Below, in pieces: positions 1-11,432 of a stretch of 64,000 bases of DNA (position 1 is its first letter; each line of letters starts with the position of its first letter). The position numbers and the translations under genes were made by a program. This DNA comes from Takakia lepidozioides (Eukaryota; Plantae; Bryophyta). The notes beneath the pieces were generated by a model. It was not told where the DNA came from. It did no database searches and saw only the letters and a list, made by a program, of their open reading frames with translations. The DNA lies in the NCBI GenBank assembly GCA_030704615.1, contig CM060732.1:62248001-62312000 (forward strand), written 5' to 3'.

Positions 1-1
1 C

Positions 2-3000
2 CAAAAGCCTCCCACTCTTTTGTCATCTACTGCCGCCAGGTATTTGAATTCCAGCAACGTGTGTGATGATGATGCTGCCGCTGCTCATAGTTCTTGTAAG
101 GAAAAAAAGAGATCGCTGTTTGCGAAAGCTGCCCGGAAGCTTACGAGTTCAGGTCGAAAGAGATCGACTACAGCACGCAGGGATCATGGGCTAATTGAAG
201 ATGCCGGTGTTTTGGAAGTATTTGATGAAGGTGGGTGTGAGACGAAGTACATTCCTTGTGCAGCTAGAGGCTCTGACAAGTCCTCTGGAGGGCATTCAGG
301 AAAAGCTAAAATTGTTCTTGGTGCGAGTGCCTCCGCAGCCCTTGCTGTGAAGGGGGTTCAACTGATGAATGCTCGAAATACTCACAGTGGGCTTGAAGCT
401 AATCTGGGCTCCGGAAACTCTGGAAATGGGAATGGTGGCTGGGGGGGAGGGGGAGGAGGGAATGGAGACGGTAGTGGAAATTTCGATGCAGGTAGTGGTG
501 AGAGCTTTTATGGGGATTTAGTCTACCCGGCTGACAGTCAGGACGATGACGTACCCAATTATTCAGAAAGTGGGGAAAGTTTCGAGCAGGGGGAGGTTAT
601 AAAGCATTTGCAGGTCGAGACAGCTTTCAGAAGCAGGAATTTGGGCATGTTAGCATCCCTGAGTTCTGCTGCTGGGGAGTCCATCGATGGAGAGGCCCCA
701 TTTGGTGACGATGGTCCAAAGGGCCGGTCTATCAGGAATGGACTCGGAGAGGAAGTCGATCACATTGCCAATCATATGAGATCCGTAGGCCCTTACACGA
801 GTGTGAAGGTACCTTCCAAGACTCCTGGGGCTAATTTAGAGATCCACCCGGGGGGCTCAGCTGGCGGTGTTCCTGGCGGCTACTATGAGAGAGAGAGGGA
901 AGGTGCAAGGGCGCAAGACTGTTTAAATTTCCTCGACCCCACAGATTCTGTGAATGATGGCACATTCCATCAAAAAAGTGCAGGCATTGGCGATGGAGAC
1001 CCTCGCGAGAGGGATTACAGACTGCATGATGGCTCTGCTGAAGCCAGCCCTTCTCGCCCTTCAGCATCGTCCTCCTATGGTAAGCCGAAAGTATTGAAGA
1101 AGGTTGTTGGAGATAGTCAAACCCACTGTATACCAGTCCCAATTTATAGCTGTAGGCAACCTTCTGAGAGATCCTATTCTGGGCTGCTGAACTACCTTAC
1201 AGATCACCTTGTTACCTCTGGAGATACACATGTAGCTGACTTGTAAACAAAAAGTTCCAAAAACACCTAAGTTGCACTTATTTTAATTCATGGCCTCTCC
1301 TGCTATTTCCACATTTTCCCTTCCTGAGAATCACATGCGAAGCATCCCTGGAAAAGGCAAGCTTTCATTTTTCCCGATCTGGGTCGAAACGGATATGACA
1401 TGACAGAAGGTGGGCCTTAGTTTGATTCATTTGTGCAGGGGGGGATGCCAGAGTGAGACCACATGGTCATAAACATCTACTGAGCCTCCCCAACCAGCTC
1501 TTAAAGTGCACACAGTGGGGTTCTCCGGGGGCTGGGGGCTGTATTCCAGGTGGCGGCCCTGTGGCAATGGGGCAAGACGAAGGGCGTCACTCTGACTTCT
1601 TTGATTGGTTTGCTGGGCTCTTCCATTCCGTAGGGTCGAAACGGACAGATGGGCAGGGGAGTTCCAGAGGGGCAGGGAAGGCCAGGGAACAAAGAGAGAG
1701 AGAAGCATTGGCTTTGGAGGCCGCCGAAATGGCATTGCTGTTACTTGGGGACAGAAGTGGAGATGAGGCTTTTGTCAAGCGGTCAGAGGTGTGTCTCGAC
1801 GGATGATGCTTTTATCCCAGTTCTTTCACTTACTCTCCACCTTCCCACACTGGCTGAAGTTCATACTTGATGATGAGGATGTAGAACATTTTCCGATGCA
1901 TTTGACTGTGGCATGCTTTGGACAAGAGCATCTGTCCTCAGAAGGATTGATCACTTTGTCAACTTCATTTTCTAAGTTGTCTAATAGATACTTCAGTGAG
2001 GTGCAATAGGCGAAGTTATTATTCAGTCCACCACATGTTCTGACAGTCTTCCTCTCTCTGCTTCTTACGTTCCTTCTGTCTTTGTCACCTTCACTCTCTC
2101 TGATTCCCTCCTCCTCTAACTCCAGACAGGTGCATTAAGGCGGCTGCAGCGGGAGGCTTTCTCAGACTTATTGAAGGTTCGAGAACGTCTGGACAAACTT
2201 GAGCATCACACGGGCCTGCGTCGATTAAAAACAGCACCTCTGGGAGATCCTGCAGGAGTTGGCAAAACACGTCTTAAGGGAGAGGTGAGCACAGGCAGTG
2301 CCTTTGTATTATTGCAAGACAGTGGCAGCAGGTATTCACGAGCAGCACTGGAGCAAGCTGGCCTTCACACTGGATTGGATGTGAGGTTCACCTTCAAGAC
2401 ACCTTTCAGAGGGAAAGATATGCTGATTACAGAGTGTTCAGCTGGACACGCTGGTGGGGAAGTTAGCATCCTTGGGGGGCCCATTTCTGTCAAGAAGATA
2501 ATATATTCGGCTCAGATTACCGACGACTTAACCCTAGTGGTTGCGCCCCTTGGAGCGAGGGGTAGCAACATGACAGAGACTGTGAACCCTTTGCAGGTGA
2601 GTACAGCACCCATAGGTATGAATACTTTTTTTTGAGAAATCTTGGCAAGGAGTTTTATTACGTCACTGAGGCCCAGCTTGAGTTTTGTAGAGAGAATATT
2701 TGAAGAGTATGGGAAGGATTCCAGAGTACATTAAGATTATTGTATGTCATCACTGCATGCAGCGATGTGGACCTAGTGCCCAAAGGACATGAGCATTCGA
2801 TGTTAATCAGGGCAGAACTTCAAATGAAACCATTTGTAGTAGGTTTGAATGTCAACAATATTGTTGAATGTCAACAATCATACCCTAGGATATGTTACTG
2901 AGACTACTAGTTCCTGTTGACGTCAACATCATATTCTGCTATCTAGGTGTTAATGCTGAGCATGTTGTGATTGTCCACAGGGTCAGGCACTGACAGAGTT

Positions 3001-4590
3001 TGCAAGTGTGGGGCCAGCACTCTTCAATCATTGCAAAGGTTCAGCTTTAGGGGCCACACTTAAAGGGAGAAATGCTTTGCTATCTGTTTCCCAGTATCTG
3101 TCCAACTGGGCAACAGGGTCGTCTCTTGCCCTTGACAATTCTAGTAGTGGACCTCTTTGTCTGAGCACACTTGCTCAGGTCATGTTCCAGCCATGGGAAA
3201 ACTCTGTTTTCTCCCTGTCTGCAGTCAACCGCTTTTGGCCAAGCCCTCCCCTCCCTTCCTCTGCGGGCTTGCACTGGAGTGAAATGGGACCACTTGTCTT
3301 GTCCAAAACTTTACATTCCCGGCGCTCAAGCGTCAACAATCCCTCCCTTGGTAGTGCTGACCCTTTGCGAAGCTCAAATGACAACCCAGGGGTCTCGTCT
3401 GCCAGTGCGCCTTGGGGATCACCTTTTGCAGATAATGACAGAGGTGGTGGAATTGTTCCAGAGAGCCATGGGACAACAATGCAATCTGTTGCTCTTGCAG
3501 GGGAGATAGATGTCATTGGAAATGTGAGCCTTGGAGGTTGGGCACAGGTCAGTGCATTTTATTACTGTGTATTATATTTCAGTTTTGTCCATATGGAGTT
3601 GGTGCTGGAGAAGGTCAGCAAATAACAGTTTGTCATTTACCCAAAGGTGTGGGCTCTTGGTGAAAGGGTTAAATGTAACTTGCCCTCTGACCAAATATAT
3701 GCCACTCACATTACGGTTTAAACACATGGAACAGGTGGAGCGCGGTGACTGGCTTCACGAGTCTGAGAAGAAGGACGTGCAGTGGGGCATGAGCCTCGCA
3801 AAGACCTCAGGAAAAACTGTTGATTGGGGCCTGTGTGTTGGAAGCTCAAAGGTTGATCTTTGGAGTGTGGGGAGAAGCAACGATGGTGCCTTCCCCGGTT
3901 CTGGAGATGGTGGTATAGGTGAGAATTGGCTTTAAACGTCTGCAGATTGCAACGCTTTTTGAGGAGTAAGTGGGTAGTCTAGATGATCAGGTGAGGGTTA
4001 GGTATCTCTTGTTTTCTATTTTCCTTCCCATGGGCACAAGCTCTTTGAGCTTCTCATGGACACTATAAAGTTCCTTGTTTTCTTTTTTTTCTCTCATATC
4101 GCCAGTCACATTCCTGTATGTAATCAGCTAGACAAAAGCTAAAGCTTGCAAAATGGTTTTGATTCAGCCTGTAGGAGAGGTTAAACTCTAGTGGGTAGTA
4201 GCCACAAGACATAGGAATCTTGTATTGGCAAATCTACATATATTTTCTTTCAGCCTTTCCCATGTGCAATTCTCAGAAAATATCTTAACTCCCATATTTC
4301 AATCAGACTGCTCGCTGTATGTCAGCATGCAGACCTGCCATGTGAGAGAAGTAAATTGGTCATTCCAGCTTGTGGATTTCATGGAGAAATGGGTAGGGAT
4401 ATGGTGGCATTATGTTGACGGGATTTATTCTCACATTGTAGGTGAGGCATTTGGATCGCAACTGCAAGCTGAGGCCTTCATGAAGCTGAGCTGTGGCCAT
4501 GGCTTTACTCTTCAACCAGGCCTGGTCTATCTACTTAACAAACACTCGCAAACTCCTGCCTTCATGCTTCGAACGTCTTGGACACTGTGA
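2..4590 (+). CDS. Plastid-type beta-barrel protein resembling cyanobacterial SLH/OprB-family porins; 5' end may lie upstream of the window. Exons <2-1079, 1439-1788, 2126-2596, 2981-3547, 3735-3918, 4442-4590
   Basis: All five introns have GT..AG ends with matching phases. Motifs LRRLQREAFSDLLKVRERLDKLE, KTRLKGEV, RFTFKTPFRGKDML and C-terminal QAEAFMKL..FTLQPGLVY..MLRTSWTL* parallel cyanobacterial porin motifs and a conserved plant uncharacterised family. Confidence 0.8.
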
Positions 4591-4821
4591 TGCCACAACC
4601 AAACAGCTTGATTCCCAGGAAAAGATGCTGTAGGAACATACAATACAGTGGAATGGCGCATTTGGGGTTTTTCTCTCCTCCCTTTCTCTCTTCTGATTGT
4701 TGTGCATGGTCCCAATTCCAGTGGGTGCCACAGGGGTTTGAAGTCCACACCTGCAATCAAGTTTGCCTATTAGGATCTCAGTATTGTTGTCCAATCACTC
4801 CAAGTGGACACAGCATCACTC

Positions 4822-5825
4822 TCAGCAGCTTCCTCTACTTCCAGTCTCGCCCCTCTCTGCAGAACCTCCCTCTTCAACCATACATATGCCACTCTTGTAT
4901 GAACCAACTACATGTTTGTCGATGACATCCGCTTGAATCTTAGCGACAACTGGCTTTTCAGTACAGAAAGCAGTGACAAGTCCTGACTCATTTTCAGCAA
5001 CCCAATGCTTTGGCTCAGAAATTGGCGCATCGGTGCAACTGTGTAAGCCCTCGCCCATGTCCACATCCTCCATCTTCTCCTTCTCTATCTCAGCCTTCAC
5101 CCTCTTCAGAGTACATTCTATCTCATCCTTCACAACCATGTCCTCTGCCTCCATGGTAACTGTCTCTTTTTGTATGCTTCTTGACAGCTCCTTTACAACT
5201 AATACCTCCCTCTTCAACCAGAAATATGCCATTATTGGCTGAACCCACTTCCTGTTCTTTGACAATGTCCTCTTGCCTGGAAATTTGTGAAACCTCCGTA
5301 TTCAGTGACGCAACCCTCTGACAAAGAACGAGCCCCTCCACCCCTACAGACATTTAGCTCACAAGGTGTTGCGTCATCTACCCTTGAACCATGGAGTTCC
5401 TTGTCCACGGGCACATTGTCTACCTTCCCACTGTCCATCTGATCCCTCGCCACTGTGCCCTCCGACTTCAAGATATCAACTGCATCCTTACCATCTTTTT
5501 TAAAAGCTCCCTCTCCTTCCTTACAAATCTCACTCCTCTCTGGAATACCTACCAAGCATACAGACTCCATGTCTGAGCCAACTTCCTGTTCTCTGATATT
5601 AACATTCTCTACATCACTAGTGAATGCCTCTTCCTTGGACATATACATGTTACCTCCTGCATCATTGCACCCCTTAGACTCAGCACTAGCCCCTCCTTCG
5701 ATCCTGAAATGTAGCTCAGGAGGTGTCACATCATCTTCCCTACAGCCATCCCCACAATGATGATGGCGAACAACCCAGAGATCACTTTAAAGTACCAGCA
5801 GCTCTCCATGATTTTATGAGCATCT
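4822..5825 (-). pseudogene. Degraded acidic (E/D/K-rich) coding fragment, identity unknown
   Basis: Protein-like composition is split over three overlapping frames (5232-5729, 5123-5353, 4822-5265). An acceptor-like TTTTCCCTGCAG lies near 5825 on the minus strand. Confidence 0.35.
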
Positions 5826-7063
5826 GCAGGGAAAAAGGACCAAACAGACAGGATTTCAAATGGAAAAGGTGAGACACACAGACAGGGTACAGGTAGTCAC
5901 TGAACCCATTGCCCAATTTCATCACTCACATGGACCCTGACCTTATCCCAGCATTAAATGCCCACTTCTCTCATGGTTGGGAATTGGTGATTAAATCAGG
6001 TGAATAGGTCAGAAGTCCACAGGGATACACAGAATGTTTTAGCATTTGACTTTTTCAACTCATGTGCCCACTGGCAAGTGATAAAAGAGGGCTGGGAGTT
6101 GAATGCTGCCTCAGAGGCCCTGCCTGCGTGGCCCCATCCCCGCCCTCCGCCTCCGGGGTCCCTTGCTCGCAAAAATATTGCCACACATTGAAGTCAGTAT
6201 TATTGTATGGCACGCATCCATCATGCATGCCCCATGAATGCAAGAAGTGCATCCATCGCATCATAACTTTGCCATCATACAGTCGTGTATGTGTGAACAT
6301 GGCTCCTCATACGCTCATATTAGAGACCATGAACATTCCAATTTGAAATTTGAAACAGCATTCAATGTACCTCCAAAAACGAATGGACGTCATTTAGCGG
6401 ATGATTGTTGTCATCCAGGTGATTGACCATCTGTCCTCAGCGCTCTTCGTCCCCTCATTCTCTGTCTCCGAAATTGTGTTCTCGCCAGTGCGTACATACA
6501 GGCAGAAGGGGACACTTCGCATACGAGACATTTTGCTTCAGTATTCATGTCGCTTGAACAGTTCAGTCATCTTCATATTGACCTTGCCCACAGTCTGTAA
6601 ATGCAGAGGACAATCTCGAGAAACAACTCAGACGTTTCCTCCATCGAAGTGCTTTCACATGTTGGTGTCACCGCCGTAACTCTTTGCTCTCCTGCTGTCC
6701 CCCTTGTTTTTTCTTTCTGCTACACACCATGAAGCAGCCCTCCCAATGTGCGTATTCAGAGTTCTCATTTTTATCATTTCTTGCTGTCCTTGCTGTTATT
6801 GGCCTTCTCTTCAGATTCTCTTGGCGCGCGTGGTAGAAGTCCTTCCTCATTTTGTCTCTAGGGTTCACTATACATACTGTTTTCTTTCTTGCAGCACTGT
6901 TGCTGATCTCGCTGGTCTCTTTCATCACTTGCCCTCGGGGTTGAGGCTGCATTTCGAAAAAATCCAAAGGAAACGTCTGAACAATGGATCAAGAACTCAA
7001 CGAAGGTCATGTGGGTAGTATGCTTGGCCTTTGGAGGCCATGGAGACAGTCAGGAAAGTCAAG

Positions 7064-7856
7064 TTTCCAGAAGCTAAGGTAGCTACAAGGAATAAAGCTG
7101 GATGGCTATGACATTTCTGGGCTTGGCCTTGAGTTCATAGGCAAAAGTTGTAACGCATTGAAAGAGCAAGTATGAGCAAGTGTCGTGGCAGAACAAGCAC
7201 TGGCATCACAGGTCTTGTGGTGGGCTGCACAGGTTTGCACAAACTAGATCTCACTTGTTGCCGTTACCTCATAGATAGAACACTCAGATAGTTTGGTAGC
7301 AATCACATCAACCTGCAAGGGTCTTCTGAGCCTCAAGATGGAAGCTTGTGGCCTTATCTCACAACTCGGCCTGTCATGGTTATGCAAAGAACGCCCTTGT
7401 CTGTAAGAGCTTGATTTCACAATAGCAATATCGATGATGTCCAATGGGACGTTTGTCCTACTATTTCACTGGAGCCGTGGTTTTTGAACAACAGGACAGT
7501 GGATTGCAACAGCCATGAAATTGAGAAAACACGGGATGAGGACTAGCGAACTGTGTCCAGGCCTTCAGCTCTTGGCATTGGAAGAGATCTTGAGTGTCTC
7601 ATGTTTCCTGCTAAGTGATCTGAATAGGCTTCCATGGCAGTTTCCAACATGATGGTTCCATCCTATACATAGCAGCAGATTAGGTACTTGACCTCCTCTT
7701 TTGATTATGTCTGTATGCTGCATGATTGAAGTCAATTGCAAGACGCACAGCCCTTAGGTTTCTGAAGTTGGGCTTCTGTTTAAACCTATCACTGATGAGG
7801 GACTTGCATACATTGGGGGCAGTTGCTGCAACCTACGAGAGCATGATGTATATAGG
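7064..7856 (+). pseudogene. F-box/LRR-repeat (FBL3-like, cysteine-containing LRR) pseudogene fragment
   Basis: Reads LQGIKLDGYDISGLGLEFIGKSCNALKE..LHKLDLTCCRYL..CKGLLSLKMEACGLIS..ELDF, then LKSIARRTALRFLKLGFCLNL/TDEGLAYIGGSCCNLREHDVYR, with stops and frameshifts. Confidence 0.7.
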
Positions 7857-9254
7857 CTGGTGGCCACACTTCCAAGCATCGCCAAAACCTTTTGCTACAT
7901 GGAGGAGACAGATCTTTTTGTAAATTCCCCTCAGTTTTAAAGTTGTTCTTAAACAGGTGGTTCGGTGTTGAGAATGACAATATATGGGCAGTGCACACTA
8001 TATTGGCTAACACACTTGCAAGAAGGGGGCCGGTGATAGAGTTCTGACAAAGTGGTTGGGTGAACTGGCAGGTCTTAGAACATCGACAATGCCGGGGTGG
8101 TAGCAATTGCCAGTGGTTGCCCCTGTTTGAGAGTGATGGACCCTATTGTAGGCATGTTACAGATGTCAGCATGCACTCACTCACCCTGAGTAAGAAAAAT
8201 TAGCTCAGGATCGAGAAGGTAGCTTACCAAGACTTGTTGTATTCAGTGAGGCTTGTAATCTGATTGCTCTTACAGATTGACCCTGATTGCTTTGGTCGTC
8301 CATATCAAAAATGGTCTCTGTACCAGTTCTGATTACTGACAAGGTATGCCTTGAGATATTCTGTATCATATACGCGACCGGTGTCAGCAAAATTTTTAAT
8401 CTACAATAACATTCTTTTTCTCAATGTCACAACAACAATTCTCTGTAACCAGATTGTCATCAGGTGCATGGAGCAATTTGACAAATTCAGGTAAAGACAT
8501 TCTGCTGGGTAATAAGTACATGACCTTCAGGAGAGTTTAATATCACACAAAACCCTTATGATTCGCACAACTATACACTGCATCATTTATCCCTCTTGCA
8601 ACACAATTCAATTTGCAAATGAAATCCTGTTAAGTAAAGAGGTACAGGTTGTGGATTGCTTTGAACTTTCATACGACCTTCCTGCACAAAGGCAACCAAG
8701 AGTCAGTGCCCACCTAGCTTCGCTGGACCTCCACAATTATAAGGACATTGCCCATCAAGTAGGAAGGCCACTGAAGACATTAAGGCAAGGCATATGGGGT
8801 ACATTAAGTCAGTGAAATCAACTACACTGAGGAGGTCTGATTTGAACAGCCTACTTTGTCTCCCACTAACACATTCTAACCTCGAAGCGAGGATGTATGT
8901 CATTATACTGAAACTCCTACCACTCTCCTTAGAAAAACATACGTGCAGTAATACATATTCTAGATTGGTATGACAGTACTGTGTTTGCTCTACAACCACA
9001 AGCACCATGGGAAAAACGTAACCACACACCGAAATAGGACTACATCAAATACAGGCAATCACTTACACATCCACTCAGAGCACACATAAACACGAAATAC
9101 AGACATTGAACTTAGTACAAAGACAAACCGCTACTCCATGCATACAATGGCACGGGACCACATTGTTGGAACACTGCTTTGAGGAACACACATGAAACAA
9201 GCACCCAACATTAAATACAGCAAACACACATAAGAAAATCAAATGGAAGGCATG

Positions 9255-9445
9255 CAGCTTCATATCCTGCAATCATCGCCCTCCACGACACCATACCTCG
9301 TTCAGCCATATTGTCAACTACTCCCTTTGCATCCTCAATGCTGCCACATTTGGCATACATGCCCACCAGGTACAATTCCGGCTTTGATGATGTCACCATG
9401 GTCCTCTTTCCCCTTTTCCAGGGCTGCCAGGCTTGCACAAGCACA
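9255..9445 (-). pseudogene. PLS-class PPR gene fragment
   Basis: ACASLAALEKGKE.HGDI and LVGMYAKCGSIEDAKGVVDNMAERGMVSWRAMIAGY are typical L/S PPR motifs; frameshifted. Confidence 0.8.
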
Positions 9446-9489
9446 CCACAAGCGTTGGGGTCAGAAAAATATTCATTCCAAACCCAAAC

Positions 9490-9760
9490 TTTATCCCTGT
9501 TCCTTCAGCTATCCATGCTCTGCACAAATCATGCATACATCCTTGCCTTGCTGCTAGCAGCTGACAATGACAGCCTAGATTTGTTCCAGCAAACACCCCA
9601 ACCCTAGTTATCACACTAGTTTCTATGCCGACTTGCGCTTCCAACAGGCATTCACCTTTTTGCCTCAATTGTTCCAACCTTGACTATGGTCGGAAACATA
9701 TTCATTCCAGAGCTTCTCTTCGTCTCTGTTATCTATTTTTCGATATTTTCCCGTTGCCAC
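9490..9760. repeat. Copy 1 of a locally triplicated module (other copies ~10831-11200 and ~14790-15411)
   Basis: Shared CCTTCAGCTATCC..CAAATCATG(C/A)ATACATCCT..CTAGCAGCTG..AAACACCC..GGCATTCACCTTTTTG..TTCATTCCA in all three copies. Confidence 0.8.
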
Positions 9761-9970
9761 ATTGGCAGTAACATGTCAAAATCACTCCAAAACCAGCATA
9801 GATCCACCAACTAGCTAACTTGCAGAATTCAACCTCAAAAAACTTAGAGACGACTGTACATAATAACAGAGAAAAACAGGCTGAACTGTGTTAAAGAAGG
9901 TGCCTTCATTAGTAGTGCCTAGTTTTATCAATTGTGCTGCTGCCGATGCTGTCTCCAGGTGACCATCTAC

Positions 9971-10830
9971 TGATAACGGCTAAGATACGAGGGCCAGACA
10001 GTGAGGGTCACGATGGGACATACCGGGTGGTGATTGGTTTACACTACGGGCAGAAAAGGCTAAGTACGTGGCATTTAGCAAACGGCAGAACAAGGGTACA
10101 TTACCACGGAGCAGTAGTGAGTAGTGTAGCAACCGTGGGCCGTGAACCACGATATCACACGGCCACGTTAGCATCGGCTCTTACTAATAGAGGACCGTGG
10201 ACCGTGTACCACTATGGCACACGACCACTACAACGAGCCACTTTTTTTAGCAAACCCTTTAGGTTGCGTAGGCAGTTAGGCAACGGTCATTAACGACTGC
10301 AGGCTGTAACGGCTCTTTTGAGCATAGTATAAAAGGGCTGCACACGACTTAGAAGGTATCAGTGATCAGTGTGTATTCATTGGACTTAGAGTGATTCGAA
10401 GTGTACTTATGCTATGATGTGATGGACTCTAAAGTAAAGCCATGTTATTCCAAGTATCTCTATGTAGAGTGAATGGGAGATGGAGAGAATGTGCATTATG
10501 AGAGAACGTGAGATGGTGAGAATGTGTATCATCTCAGAATAGCTCTTGTTTTGTCTTTACTACCATCTGATTGTATGAACAAAGGGGCTTCAGTCTTTCC
10601 GACTAAGATCTTTTAGGCCAATGAGACTGTAGGTTGGGCTTAATCAATAGGATTAAGCAACCTGTAGAGATATTGATTCATACGATGGCCATGGTTTAGC
10701 TATCCTTAAAACGATTACTTTGTAATCGTTTTTGAAAGCATACCGTCGGACAACCTCTGTTGCATGTCTTAGGAAATGGGCAGTAGTGCTGAGAGCCTGT
10801 TTTGTCTAAGTCATAAACCAGCGGTTAACA
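9971..10830. mobile_element. Solo LTR (860 bp)
   Basis: TGATAAC...GTTAACA termini; perfect TSD TCTAC (9966-9970, 10831-10835); internal TATAAAA near 10328; the uninterrupted site is visible in the paralogue at 14791-14880. Confidence 0.9.
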
Positions 10831-11214
10831 TCTACCCACATAGGTTTCATAAAGCTATTGATCCATAGGGATCAGAAGTAATCTTATGCTTGAAATCCGA
10901 CCCTCTTGGATGAATCTGAACCTCTATCCCTGGTCCTTCAGCTATCCCTGCCTGTGTACAAATCATGAATACATCCTCAGCCTTGCTACTAGCAGCTGAC
11001 ACTGACAGAGTGAAGTTCTTCCAGCAAACACCCCAACCCTATTTATTATAGTAGTTCCAATTCTGAATTGCATTTGCTTCTCTCTATAATCCAACAGGCA
11101 TTCACCTTTTTGTCTCCATTGTCCCACCATTGACTGGAGTCGGAAAGTGTTCATTCCAAAGCTTCTCCTCATCTCTGTTATCTGTTTTTGGATGTTCCAC
11201 ACTACCACACTCCC

Positions 11215-11420
11215 TCCATACATGTCCACGAGGGTATTGTTTAGAATGACATTTGGTACAATTGCAGCTCTGACAATGTCACCATGGACCTCTTTGCCCT
11301 TTTCTAGAGCTGCCAGGCTTGCACATGCATTGCAGATACACACAAACGTGATGTGGTCGGGCTTTCACCCTTCCCCCATCATTTGATCATAGGTCTCCAA
11401 AGCCTCCATAATATGTCTCT
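11215..11420 (-). pseudogene. Second PLS-class PPR fragment
   Basis: KPDHITFVCICNACASLAALEKGKEVHGDIVRAAIVPNVILNNTLVDMY; paralogous to 9255-9445. Confidence 0.8.
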
Positions 11421-11432
11421 GCTGTGCATATT

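Noticed and set aside
5996-7020. Short ORFs on both strands
   Set aside because: No recognisable motif or consistent exon structure.
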